In this document: piece by piece, positions 36,480-45,234 of the stretch | Numbering within the stretch: the stretch's first letter is position 1 | Layout: the number at the start of each line of letters is the position of its first letter | IMG/VR virus record: IMGVR_UViG_3300027779_000018 | Coordinates: 1 to 64,000 of that record | Origin: a virus | Length of the DNA stretch: 64,000 nucleotides | Reading direction: 5' to 3' (one strand) | The notes under the pieces: generated by a model | Seen by the model: only the letters and a program-made list of their open reading frames with translations | Database searches by the model: none | What the model was told of the DNA's origin: nothing | Position numbers and translations under genes: made by a program

Positions 36480-37697
36480 ATGAGAGCAACAATCAACGCT
36501 TTTAAAACAGTCGTACCGTTTCAACAACCGACATTCAATAACAACCCACACTATCAACTAGACTTAACAATGAGTCTCGCGGAGAGTGGCTATCCAATTT
36601 ATAAGACCAAAGAGTTCCTTCTTAAGGTACTAGCTGGTGCAATAAAAACAGGACAAGTTAATAAAGATTATGATATCTTAAGTAAACTTCGTGCAAGAAA
36701 GTTTAATTTAATGAAAATGATCTCTGCAGCAGCCGAGAAGGATTTACAAACCAAAGGTTATTCTTCAGGTAACCAAGATGTAAAAATATTGCAAGAGGTT
36801 CTCGGAGAAGGTGGTACATTTTTATATAGTTCACCATGTCCTATGGTGGTAACTAATCCAACATCCTCAAAAGATGTGTTAGCAATTGGTGACAATAGAT
36901 TTGCAGCCAAAGGAAAACTTGGATGGAAGTATGATATCACTGATGTTATAGAATTGGATTTAACAAACACAGAAGATTTTGCAATCTATAAGATGATTTC
37001 GTCTAACAGTAACAACCATCCACATCAAACTTCAATGAAAACTAAAGAAGTGACTGCATTGGTCTATGAGATGGTTTGTAGGGATACTCAATTAATTGAT
37101 ATGTTCAATCCAAAGAAAAATACATTTGATAAAAACAAATGTTTTGATTTCATTAAATCATACAAAGAACCTATTACCTCAACTTCACTAAAAACAGTTC
37201 TAAAAAATGTACAAATAAAATTGAGTGAAGGAAGTCAGATTCGAGGAATGTTTAAAACCATGACATCTGATGGAGAGACTTTAAAACAAGCAACTGCTCT
37301 AGGTACAGACAAGAGAGACGATATCATAACTGTAGAAAAGGGTATGATTGATAGGTATCTATATGACAACATCGTTAAATTAGCTGGGACTTTTAATAAA
37401 CTATATGTCATTATGAAAGTAAACACTTCCGATTTTAGTATATCAGTAGATAAGTTAAATCAGAGCAGACGTGATGCCGCACATTCTCTAAAAATAATCT
37501 CGTCAGCTGCAAGTGCAATAGCTGGATTTAAAAAAGTGGGAATCAAACAAGCATACATAGACAATGTAGTAATCTTAGGTTACTGGTCACAACACTCATC
37601 AGAGTCAGCAGAACTTCTTCAAAGAGTGGATGTTAATGGTACGATTACAAGTGTGAGTCTTGATGAAGCATTGAACCTACCATCAATGGTTGTTTAA
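36480..37697 (+). CDS. Hypothetical protein (405 aa)
   Basis: GAGG RBS, long structured leader; no motif recognised. Confidence 0.7.
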   Translation: MRATINAFKTVVPFQQPTFNNNPHYQLDLTMSLAESGYPIYKTKEFLLKVLAGAIKTGQVNKDYDILSKLRARKFNLMKMISAAAEKDLQTKGYSSGNQDVKILQEVLGEGGTFLYSSPCPMVVTNPTSSKDVLAIGDNRFAAKGKLGWKYDITDVIELDLTNTEDFAIYKMISSNSNNHPHQTSMKTKEVTALVYEMVCRDTQLIDMFNPKKNTFDKNKCFDFIKSYKEPITSTSLKTVLKNVQIKLSEGSQIRGMFKTMTSDGETLKQATALGTDKRDDIITVEKGMIDRYLYDNIVKLAGTFNKLYVIMKVNTSDFSISVDKLNQSRRDAAHSLKIISSAASAIAGFKKVGIKQAYIDNVVILGYWSQHSSESAELLQRVDVNGTITSVSLDEALNLPSMVV

Positions 37698-37712
37698 TTC
37701 AAAATAAAGTTT

Positions 37713-37751
37713 AAAAAGGGGTTTACAATGACCCCTTTTTTTTCGTATAAT
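37713..37751 (+). terminator. Terminator-like hairpin overlapping an early promoter
   Basis: AAAAAGGGGT..ACCCCTTTTT with U-tract; contains TTTACA-18bp-TATAAT. Confidence 0.7.
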
Positions 37752-37787
37752 GGTATCTACTATGAAACAATACAATAAGGAAAAAAT

Positions 37788-38060
37788 ATGAATAAAGCAG
37801 GAGAATATTACGCAGAAGACCCAAAGGTCATGCAAGTCGTAAAGTTAGGTCAGGAACTAATAGCAAAAGCAGAAGATGGAACACTATTCAATGGTAATGA
37901 CGATGAGTCATATAAACTATGGAATGCAGCCGTCACAGCAGGAAATCGAATGACTACATTCGGTATGGTTTGGAGCAACTTCAAATCAATGTCACAGTTA
38001 ACTAAGATCGAAGCATCAGCAGTGTTACAATATTTAGATATTAAGAGAAAGGATAAATGA
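37788..38060 (+). CDS. Early hypothetical protein
   Basis: AAGGA RBS. Confidence 0.65.
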   Translation: MNKAGEYYAEDPKVMQVVKLGQELIAKAEDGTLFNGNDDESYKLWNAAVTAGNRMTTFGMVWSNFKSMSQLTKIEASAVLQYLDIKRKDK

Positions 38061-38230
38061 GGCTGATATTAGAAAACTATGGAGATGCAAGAATATTCTC
38101 AGAACGGCCCTATGGTTACAAGCGATATATCGTGGAATACAAGGATGGACGAACTGTAATGTACAGTAGTCTTTGGTATTCTCTAGAGAAAGTTAAAAAA
38201 TTTGTGGAGAAAGACTTAAATGGAACCTGA
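38057..38230 (+). CDS. Small hypothetical protein (57 aa)
   Basis: Read by hand: MRLILENYGDARIFSERPYGYKRY...; ATGA overlap. Confidence 0.55.
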   Translation: MRLILENYGDARIFSERPYGYKRYIVEYKDGRTVMYSSLWYSLEKVKKFVEKDLNGT

Positions 38231-38297
38231 AGACCATAGACCACTACTCTTATTAGGGTTAGCTTTAGTCATAATTTATGTAGTTATTTACCTCTAA
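38220..38297 (+). CDS. Putative 25-aa membrane peptide
   Basis: GGAG RBS; MEPEDHRPLLLLGLALVIIYVVIYL. Confidence 0.4.
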   Translation: MEPEDHRPLLLLGLALVIIYVVIYL

Positions 38298-38301
38298 ACA
38301 C

Positions 38302-38331
38302 TTGACAATGCCCTCACTTTTTTGTTATACT
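38302..38331 (+). promoter_or_regulatory. Sigma70-type early promoter
   Basis: Identical to the promoter at 13228. Confidence 0.88.
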
Positions 38332-38364
38332 ATGTATATAATGAAAAATCAAGAGGAAACAAAT

Positions 38365-38769
38365 ATGAAATTATCAGAACTAGTTGAAGAAGTCAACTCA
38401 GAACAGAACCTATTAGAAAAAGTCCAACTATTATGTGATGGACTAACAGCACAGATACATGCCGCGTATAAACATACTGCGAATAACTACTACGGCTATA
38501 CAGTCGGTAAAAAATACATCAAGGTCATCTCTTATGGAAATCAGACTTCTGTTTGGGGTTTTATCAACATCAATGAATTCACTAAAGTCAGGAAAATGGA
38601 AAGAGTGAATGGTATTGTCAACAAAGAAATTACTTTCAAAGAAGGTGATGTGTTAATGTCAGCAGGTTGGAACACTCCAGCACTGAATATGGCAAGAGGA
38701 AACCTTTTAACCACCGCAGGATATCCTGTTCATCAAGGTAACCAACACGGCCCTAGTTACCTAATATAA
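38365..38769 (+). CDS. Early conserved hypothetical protein
   Basis: GKKYIKV..SVWGFI..GDVL.SAGWNTPA..ARGN; GAGG RBS before 38365. Confidence 0.7.
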   Translation: MKLSELVEEVNSEQNLLEKVQLLCDGLTAQIHAAYKHTANNYYGYTVGKKYIKVISYGNQTSVWGFININEFTKVRKMERVNGIVNKEITFKEGDVLMSAGWNTPALNMARGNLLTTAGYPVHQGNQHGPSYLI

Positions 38770-38771
38770 AC

Positions 38772-38801
38772 TTGACAATGGGTGTCACTTTTTGGTATAC
38801 T
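38772..38801 (+). promoter_or_regulatory. Sigma70-type early promoter
   Basis: TTGACA-18bp-TATACT. Confidence 0.82.
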
Positions 38802-38834
38802 AGTAGAGTAGAGAAATAAAGAGATAAACAAATT

Positions 38835-39062
38835 ATGATAACATTAGAAAGACAATCCATGTTAACAGGTAACACCAGTTCAATGGAATTAAACACAACA
38901 CAGGAGAAGATCGATATCTTCTTTGATGAATCTCAGAGACAAACAAGACCCTTTATTCAAGACTTGTTCTCAGAGTTGACTCAAGATGAACGAGAGTTTA
39001 TTCAAACAGGAGCAACTCCGAAAGAGTGGTCAGATTTAGAGCAAACAGTGAGAGCAATATGA
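38835..39062 (+). CDS. Early hypothetical protein
   Basis: IQDLF..LT.DEREFI.TG.TP.EW motif. Confidence 0.65.
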   Translation: MITLERQSMLTGNTSSMELNTTQEKIDIFFDESQRQTRPFIQDLFSELTQDEREFIQTGATPKEWSDLEQTVRAI

Positions 39063-39403
39063 ATATAGAAAATGCAAATAAAGAAATAAATAAATTAGAA
39101 GACAAGTCTTGGGACTTGGAGTTATTGATATCACAAGTGAACGATAAGACTAAGGAAATCAAATACAATGATGTTCCTAGTGATATCTATCTTTCGATTA
39201 TGACTCTCGCAGAAGAGGGTGGTATTGACGAATCAGAACTTGAGTACAAGATTGACGAAGTCAGAAAAAAAGTCAATGCACTTGAGTCTGCAATTTACGA
39301 TTTAGTCGAACCCTTTGACGATAAGAAAAGAGAGATCGATAATGCAAAAGATGAAATCGAGTGTGACATCTCAGATTACGAATACGAGAAGAAGCATTGT
39401 TAA
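39059..39403 (+). CDS. Acidic coiled-coil hypothetical protein
   Basis: ATGA overlap; heptad pattern. Confidence 0.6.
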   Translation: MNIENANKEINKLEDKSWDLELLISQVNDKTKEIKYNDVPSDIYLSIMTLAEEGGIDESELEYKIDEVRKKVNALESAIYDLVEPFDDKKREIDNAKDEIECDISDYEYEKKHC

Positions 39404-39433
39404 ATACAACTGGAATAGTTAGAGGATAGAGTT

Positions 39434-39802
39434 ATGAGTCATATACCAAGTAGCAAAGTTTTTGTCTTAGGTGGGGTACAGAAAACCTACCACTTCTCAA
39501 ATGGATACGGTGCAAGTGTAGTGTGTCATAATGGTTCTTATGGGGGCCCTTACATTCAGAATTCAGATAAAAACTTATGGGAACTTGCAGTACTAGATGG
39601 GGATGATATCACATATCACACACCTATAACACAAGATGTTGTTGGTCACCAATCTGAATCTGAAGTTGAAATTTTACTCAAAGAGATATCAGAGTTAACA
39701 CGAGAAATAGTTGAGAAAGAAGAACAGGAATATCAGTTCGCAGCTCAACACGCAGAACAAGATTACATTGATGAATATGGAGAAGACGATGTCAACCGAT
39801 GA
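39434..39802 (+). CDS. Conserved phage hypothetical protein
   Basis: FSNGYGASVV..SYGG..LWELAVL..YHTPITQDV.G. Confidence 0.72.
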   Translation: MSHIPSSKVFVLGGVQKTYHFSNGYGASVVCHNGSYGGPYIQNSDKNLWELAVLDGDDITYHTPITQDVVGHQSESEVEILLKEISELTREIVEKEEQEYQFAAQHAEQDYIDEYGEDDVNR

Positions 39803-39980
39803 TAAAAAAGTAGAAGCATTTAAAAAACAGCAGGTTGATGATGCAATTAACCGATTGCTTTATGGAACAGCCAATGCACAAGACATGGCACCTGAAGTTT
39901 CAGACGTTCCTAATAGTAATTGTCTATGTGGACACTTTAATTGTCCTGATGAATATGCACATACAACGAGTGGGTATTAA
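39789..39980 (+). CDS. Small hypothetical protein
   Basis: C.CG..NCPDEYAHTTSGY; GGAG RBS. Confidence 0.55.
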   Translation: MSTDDKKVEAFKKQQVDDAINRLLYGTANAQDMAPEVSDVPNSNCLCGHFNCPDEYAHTTSGY

Positions 39981-39981
39981 T

Positions 39982-40497
39982 ATGTATTGCTTTAACAACA
40001 TGCAGAAGTACAAATACCTAAGTCTTTTTATACTGGGTTTTGGTTTTGGATTTTTCACAGGGAATGCTCAAGCATCTGATGAAAACGGTGATGCATTTTG
40101 TCTTGCACAAAACATCTATTTTGAAAGTGGTAATCAACCTCTTGCAGGGAAGATCGCAGTTGCACAGGTAGTGCAAAACAGGATGAATGACTTTCAGTTT
40201 CCTGATACAATATGTGATGTAGTGTATCAATCCTACACTAGGGTTAACTGGAAAGGTAACGTAGTTCCACAACGTGGAAGGTGTCAGTTTAGTTGGTATT
40301 GTGACGGCAAGTCAGATGAACCAGTTGACTCAGTTACTTGGATTGAATCCATGGGAATTGCACGAAGGGTTCTAGCTGGTGAATGGGGTGACATCACAGA
40401 AGGTGGCCTTTACTATCACGCAGATTACATCTATCCTTACTGGGCATCCTCTTTAAATGAAACCGTAATTATTAACAACCACATATTTTACAAATGA
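39982..40497 (+). CDS. Cell wall hydrolase (SleB/Hydrolase_2 family) with signal peptide
   Basis: CLAQNIYFES, AVAQVV.NR, FPDTICDVVYQ, CQFSWYCDG, YYHA, HIFY. Confidence 0.88.
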   Translation: MYCFNNMQKYKYLSLFILGFGFGFFTGNAQASDENGDAFCLAQNIYFESGNQPLAGKIAVAQVVQNRMNDFQFPDTICDVVYQSYTRVNWKGNVVPQRGRCQFSWYCDGKSDEPVDSVTWIESMGIARRVLAGEWGDITEGGLYYHADYIYPYWASSLNETVIINNHIFYK

Positions 40498-40793
40498 AAC
40501 AATTAGATTTATTAGACTCACTTAAACCACCAAGGGGTGGCATAGACAAACAAGAATTTGCACTGATATTAGATGCCGAAGGTAACTTCAAACAGTATGC
40601 ACATGGAACCTATGAAGAGATTGAGTATTATTGTGAACAGAATAACTGTTGGGTAGATAAGTATCTTAATTATGTTGCACCACATGTAGTGAGGCAAGGA
40701 TTTGATTATATCGGTAGTGGGCCAGGCCATTATGAACTACAAAGAGGATTTAATTACGATACTTCCGAAAAGGTAGTTGACGATAGCTTCTAA
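40494..40793 (+). CDS. Hypothetical protein
   Basis: ATGA overlap, 99 aa. Confidence 0.6.
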   Translation: MKQLDLLDSLKPPRGGIDKQEFALILDAEGNFKQYAHGTYEEIEYYCEQNNCWVDKYLNYVAPHVVRQGFDYIGSGPGHYELQRGFNYDTSEKVVDDSF

Positions 40794-40829
40794 GTATGTT
40801 ATACTTGATGTAACAAAAGGAAACAACCC

Positions 40830-41138
40830 ATGCCAATTTATGAATTTGAGAATCTAGAGACTAATGAATGTTTTGAACTTCTCTTATCCTTTTCAGGAAA
40901 AGATGAATACCTGAAAGACAACCCCAATATTGCACAACGACATTTTAAAGCACCTAATATTGTAGGTGGTCATGGTGATCGTGTAAAGGTAGATGATGGG
41001 TTTAAAGCAGTTCTATCAAAAGTTGGTGAAGCATATCCCGGCTCAAATTTAGATAAACAAGTAAACAAACAAACAGCCAAGTCCATAAAGACACGAGGTA
41101 TTGTCGAAAAACATATGGACATACAGGGTAAAAAGTAG
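40830..41138 (+). CDS. FmdB-like small regulatory protein
   Basis: MPIYEF N-terminus, DGFK.VL.K motif of T4-like homologues. Confidence 0.65.
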   Translation: MPIYEFENLETNECFELLLSFSGKDEYLKDNPNIAQRHFKAPNIVGGHGDRVKVDDGFKAVLSKVGEAYPGSNLDKQVNKQTAKSIKTRGIVEKHMDIQGKK

Positions 41139-41150
41139 TAAAATATAACT

Positions 41151-41813
41151 ATGGAAAATTTAATAGCATTAGGTGATTTAGAATCACTACCAATGAATCG
41201 AATATCAGAGAACGGTAAGAGATTTTATCTTACACCTGAAGGTCAGAAATATCCAAGTGTCACAACTGTCACTGGATTACTTTCAGGAGATCATATCAAG
41301 TTGTGGAGAGAACGAGTCGGTGAAGAAGAAGCCAACCGTATCTCAAATGCAGCTACAAAACGAGGGACAAGAATGCACTCGTTGTTTGAACAGTATCTTC
41401 GTGCAGAAGAAGATGTTACATTTGATAACATTATGGAATCATCTATGTTCGAAGCTGTCCAACCTATGTTGGATGAGATTATTCCAATTGCATTGGAAGC
41501 ACCATTACACTCTAATTATTTACAGATGGCAGGACAAGTAGATTGTGTTGGTATCTTTGATAACCAGTTATGTGTAATAGATTTTAAAACCTCATCCAAG
41601 TACAAGGAAGAGTACATGGCAGAACCGTGGTTTCATCAGATGACTGCATATGCAATTATGGTAGAAGAACTTACAGGTGAAGAGGTAGCAGAAATTATAG
41701 CTATCGTTGGAGTCGATGGTGGTGGGTGTCAGGTGTTTACAGCCGACCCAAGAGAGTATGTGGACAAACTCACTGAGTTGAGAAACAGATATAGAATTTT
41801 ATATGGAGTATAA
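41151..41813 (+). CDS. PD-(D/E)XK exonuclease
   Basis: YPSVTT, RGT.MH, AGQVDC, IDFKTS, Q.TAY. Confidence 0.85.
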   Translation: MENLIALGDLESLPMNRISENGKRFYLTPEGQKYPSVTTVTGLLSGDHIKLWRERVGEEEANRISNAATKRGTRMHSLFEQYLRAEEDVTFDNIMESSMFEAVQPMLDEIIPIALEAPLHSNYLQMAGQVDCVGIFDNQLCVIDFKTSSKYKEEYMAEPWFHQMTAYAIMVEELTGEEVAEIIAIVGVDGGGCQVFTADPREYVDKLTELRNRYRILYGV

Positions 41814-41815
41814 AG

Positions 41816-42049
41816 ATGATAAGTAAAAAAGAATTCACAGAGCAGGTCGAACAGATTCTTCTCAGATCAAACACAGACGTAATGGACGCAATCATTACAG
41901 TGTGTGATAAGAATAATATGGAACCTGAATCTGCAAAGAGATTTATATCACAACCCCTGAAGGAGAAACTTGAAGCAGAAGCACAAGGTCTCAATATGGT
42001 TAATCGTGGTAAGTCAGGTCGTGGTAGTATAGTTGGTTTTTTCGAATAG
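41816..42049 (+). CDS. gp33: Late-promoter transcription coactivator (gp33)
   Basis: DAI..C...EPE...IS.PLKEKL..EA..LN; position next to gp59/gp32. Confidence 0.85.
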   Translation: MISKKEFTEQVEQILLRSNTDVMDAIITVCDKNNMEPESAKRFISQPLKEKLEAEAQGLNMVNRGKSGRGSIVGFFE

Positions 42050-42058
42050 GAGTTAATA

Positions 42059-42337
42059 ATGAAAAAAGGTGATATCGTAACAGTGGTTACAATTAGTGGA
42101 GAGTACGTTGGAAAACTAGTCTCACTTGAAGACGCAACAGTAGAGTTGAAAGACCCTAAAATGATTTTATCAAATCCAACTGATGGTAGTATGGGATTTG
42201 CAAAAGGACTAGCTGCAACAGGAATGGAAAATCCTACATCAGCAGTATTCCAACAAGTAGTATTTGTAGTTCCTACAAATGAGAAAGTAGCAGAGGCCCA
42301 CTTAACTGCAACAAGTGGATTGGTGTTAGCGAAGTAG
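42059..42337 (+). CDS. Sm-like-fold hypothetical protein
   Basis: GDIVTV...SGE.VGKL...LKDP..; C-terminal TSGLV. Confidence 0.6.
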   Translation: MKKGDIVTVVTISGEYVGKLVSLEDATVELKDPKMILSNPTDGSMGFAKGLAATGMENPTSAVFQQVVFVVPTNEKVAEAHLTATSGLVLAK

Positions 42338-42931
42338 ATGACGAGTCGTGATGGTTACGATGCATACACATTATACCTTGGTATAAAATTGCACTTCCAT
42401 TCTGAGAGTTACGATTTCGTTAAGTATAACGGAAAGGTTAAATCAGACATCAACTCATTTTTAAAAAGAAAGGACAAATACCATTTCGGTAAGTTGTTCA
42501 AAACTTATAAACAAGACCTACAAGATTTTTATATAGCAAACCTATCCTTTAAAGATTATTGGGCAGGTGACTTGTTGGATAAAGAATGTGACAAACGGTA
42601 CAAGGAATGGAAGAACCGTAATCAGAAACTTGGTTACATGTTTGAAACCGAAGTGTCCGATCTGTTGGGGAAGTTTAAAATTGAGACACAACTTAAGGTT
42701 GTCAATGGTCAACATCCTCGTCTACTCAAAGCATACATGAGTAAACAGATAAGTCTAGAAACTATTTGTATCATGGATGAGATAATAGGTTTCACTAAAG
42801 ATTGGGACACACTTATATCTGAACAGATAGTGTATCCTGATTTACGAATAAAGATAAACAAGTACAAGTCATTCCTTACATATGACCAATCCAAATACAA
42901 GACTAAACTTATAGAATTATGTACGAAGTAA
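42338..42931 (+). CDS. gp59: Helicase loader (gp59)
   Basis: YL.IKLHF...YDF.KYNGK, F.KRKDKY.F.KL, ISLET. Confidence 0.9.
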   Translation: MTSRDGYDAYTLYLGIKLHFHSESYDFVKYNGKVKSDINSFLKRKDKYHFGKLFKTYKQDLQDFYIANLSFKDYWAGDLLDKECDKRYKEWKNRNQKLGYMFETEVSDLLGKFKIETQLKVVNGQHPRLLKAYMSKQISLETICIMDEIIGFTKDWDTLISEQIVYPDLRIKINKYKSFLTYDQSKYKTKLIELCTK

Positions 42932-43641
42932 CAATTGTAGGAAACGGCCCAAGTCGATTGGGTTGTGATCTTAGTAATATAACCCATGAAGTGTGGGGGT
43001 GTAATGCAATCTTCCGTGACACTAAAGATTGTGATATAGTGTTTGCAGTTGACATGCCAATGCAGAAAGAGATAGTCGAGTCGGGTTACTATAGAGGTAA
43101 CCTAGTTGCATTCGCAGATATAGAACCATTGGATATTATGATGATGGAGTTGATGAAGCCCGGCTTTGAATATACACATAGTGTCAATGTTAGTGTCAAA
43201 GATGATGATACTCATTTTATTATTCAGGGAAATGCAACCGAAACAGATTTTTTGGGTCTTGTAAATCCCCATCTCATTGTTACATATAACGATACAATGT
43301 TAAGAAATTTATTGACTGGAATGTCTGCATTAGGATTTGCAATGTTACAGGGATATGAAAGAATCAACCTAATCGGGTTTGATGGTTTGGAACACTTAGG
43401 TGAACCAGCAAATATTTATGAAGGTAGTATTAACTATCCGACTAAATACACAACAGAGGATTCTGTACTTAGTGTACAGAGGTCTCAGTTCATAGCACTA
43501 CTAGAATGGTACTATGGAAAAGGTTCAATATACTGGCAAAACCCTCTAGACAAAGAGGACGAAATCAAGTATAATGAACTATCTTATTATGAAATAAGTG
43601 AAGAATGGATTTTAGGTCAAGGCTTGAAATCTTTAATATGA
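42919..43641 (+). CDS. DUF115/glycosyltransferase-like hypothetical protein
   Basis: IVGNGPSR, WGCNA, AVD, TG..A, I.LIGFD. Confidence 0.6.
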   Translation: MYEVTIVGNGPSRLGCDLSNITHEVWGCNAIFRDTKDCDIVFAVDMPMQKEIVESGYYRGNLVAFADIEPLDIMMMELMKPGFEYTHSVNVSVKDDDTHFIIQGNATETDFLGLVNPHLIVTYNDTMLRNLLTGMSALGFAMLQGYERINLIGFDGLEHLGEPANIYEGSINYPTKYTTEDSVLSVQRSQFIALLEWYYGKGSIYWQNPLDKEDEIKYNELSYYEISEEWILGQGLKSLI

Positions 43642-43681
43642 TAAAATTGTTAATAAAATTGTAATACAATAGGAGAATACA

Positions 43682-44581
43682 ATGTCAAGTAGTTTAGATA
43701 AACTAAGAGCAGCAATGGAAACTGCTTCCCCATCTGATGGTGGAAAACAAAAATCCTTTAATGACGAAAGAGTGTGGAAACCTGAACTGGATAAAACTGG
43801 TAATGGATATGCAGTAGTTCGTTTTTTACCAACCCCCGATGGAGAAGAGATGCCTTGGGTATCTTATTTCGATCATGGCTTTCAAGGGCCAGGTGGATGG
43901 TATATTGAGAAGTCTTTAACGACTCTTAATAAAAAAGACCCTGTAAGTGAATATAACACTTCGTTATGGAACACTGGAATTGAAGCAAACAAAGAGATTG
44001 CAAGGAAACAAAAACGCAGACTGCATTATGTTTCTAATGTCTATGTTGTTTCTGATCCTAAGAATCCTGATAACGAAGGTAAAGTGTTCATGTATAGGTT
44101 CGGAAAGAAAATCTTCGAACAGTTAAAAGAAGCAATCTCACCAGCATTTGAAGATGAGAAAGCAATCAATCCTTTTGACTTAAGAGATGAAGGTGCAAAC
44201 TTCAAAATCAAAATTAGAAAAGTTGATGGTTATTGGAACTACGACAAATCTGAGTTTGATGCAACAGCACCTTTGTTTGATGATGAGGCAAAACTAAACT
44301 CAGTGTTTAGTCAAGTGCATTCATTGTCAGGTGTAATTGCCCCAAGTGAATTCAAGTCTTATGAAGAACTCAAAGAGAAGCTTCAACGAGTACTTGGAAC
44401 TGTTGGGTCAACATCTACTGCTGAATCAGTTGCAGAAGACATGGACGAAGTTCCGTGGGCTAATGTGAATACTGAGACAGTAGCAGTTGAACCAGTAATT
44501 GAAAGTGTATCCCCTTCGGCTGGAACTAGTTCCGATGAAGTAGATGCAATGGATTACTTTAAGAAGTTAGCTCAAGACTAA
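43682..44581 (+). CDS. gp32: Single-stranded DNA-binding protein (gp32)
   Basis: DKTGNGYAVVRFLP, HGFQGPGGWYIE.SLTT, GANFK.KI, NYDKSEF; acidic tail. Confidence 0.96.
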   Translation: MSSSLDKLRAAMETASPSDGGKQKSFNDERVWKPELDKTGNGYAVVRFLPTPDGEEMPWVSYFDHGFQGPGGWYIEKSLTTLNKKDPVSEYNTSLWNTGIEANKEIARKQKRRLHYVSNVYVVSDPKNPDNEGKVFMYRFGKKIFEQLKEAISPAFEDEKAINPFDLRDEGANFKIKIRKVDGYWNYDKSEFDATAPLFDDEAKLNSVFSQVHSLSGVIAPSEFKSYEELKEKLQRVLGTVGSTSTAESVAEDMDEVPWANVNTETVAVEPVIESVSPSAGTSSDEVDAMDYFKKLAQD

Positions 44582-44777
44582 CTTCGATTGGGGTGCATAG
44601 GTTTTAATTATGAATATTTGTGATAAGTCTATGCATTCACTGAGACCGTGGATTAAGGGGGTACTCAGTAAGGGTAAGGTTGACAGCATTAAAGCGGGTC
44701 AATCGGTGTGGAGCGGGTATGCTGTAAGGCGTGGGGCGACTACACACTTTTTTAATATAGATAGAATAGGACTTTAA

Positions 44778-45020
44778 ATGCCACAAGTAACACCGAAATA
44801 CAATCCTAAGACGAGACAGTCAGAATCGTTTGATGGATTATTACGGCGTTTTAAAAAGGCATGTGACAATGCAGGGATTATTCAAGAAGTCCGTGACAGG
44901 GAATATTACGAGAAACCTAATCAGGTTAAACATAAGAAACTTCAGCAACAAAAGAGACGTAAGAAACTTGAAGCAATTAAGAAATCTAAAGAGAGTGGTC
45001 GTTCTCGACATCCTTGGTGA
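44778..45020 (+). CDS. rpsU: Ribosomal protein bS21
   Basis: [26 protein letters not shown] followed by a basic tail. Confidence 0.88.
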   Translation: MPQVTPKYNPKTRQSESFDGLLRRFKKACDNAGIIQEVRDREYYEKPNQVKHKKLQQQKRRKKLEAIKKSKESGRSRHPW

Positions 45021-45026
45021 TAGATC

Positions 45027-45233
45027 ATGAATCCCATCAATGGCAAGGGGTCTAAGAGAAGACCCGAATCAGGTAATTCCTACGGTGATAATTGGGAGTT
45101 AATCTATGGAAAGACAAATCCAGTTAAAAAGAATATGGATAAATTTCATAAACCTTCAACCCATCCTGATAAAACTAAGTATAACCGAAAGGTAACTAAA
45201 GCAGATATCCTTAAAGGGCCTGACTTTAGCTAA
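45027..45233 (+). CDS. Small basic hypothetical protein
   Basis: GKGSKRRP...Y.DNW..I; NPV.K...FHKP..H.DKTKY.RK. Confidence 0.6.
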   Translation: MNPINGKGSKRRPESGNSYGDNWELIYGKTNPVKKNMDKFHKPSTHPDKTKYNRKVTKADILKGPDFS

Positions 45234-45234
45234 C

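Noticed and set aside
38302-38364. TTG-initiated N-terminal extensions of ORFs at 38302 and 25095
   Set aside because: The TTG is the -35 box TTGACA of the promoter; downstream ATGs are the plausible starts.
41151-41813. Cas4-like nuclease as evidence of a CRISPR system
   Set aside because: It is the standard T4-like PD-(D/E)XK exonuclease next to gp33; no Fe-S Cys cluster pattern or array was seen.
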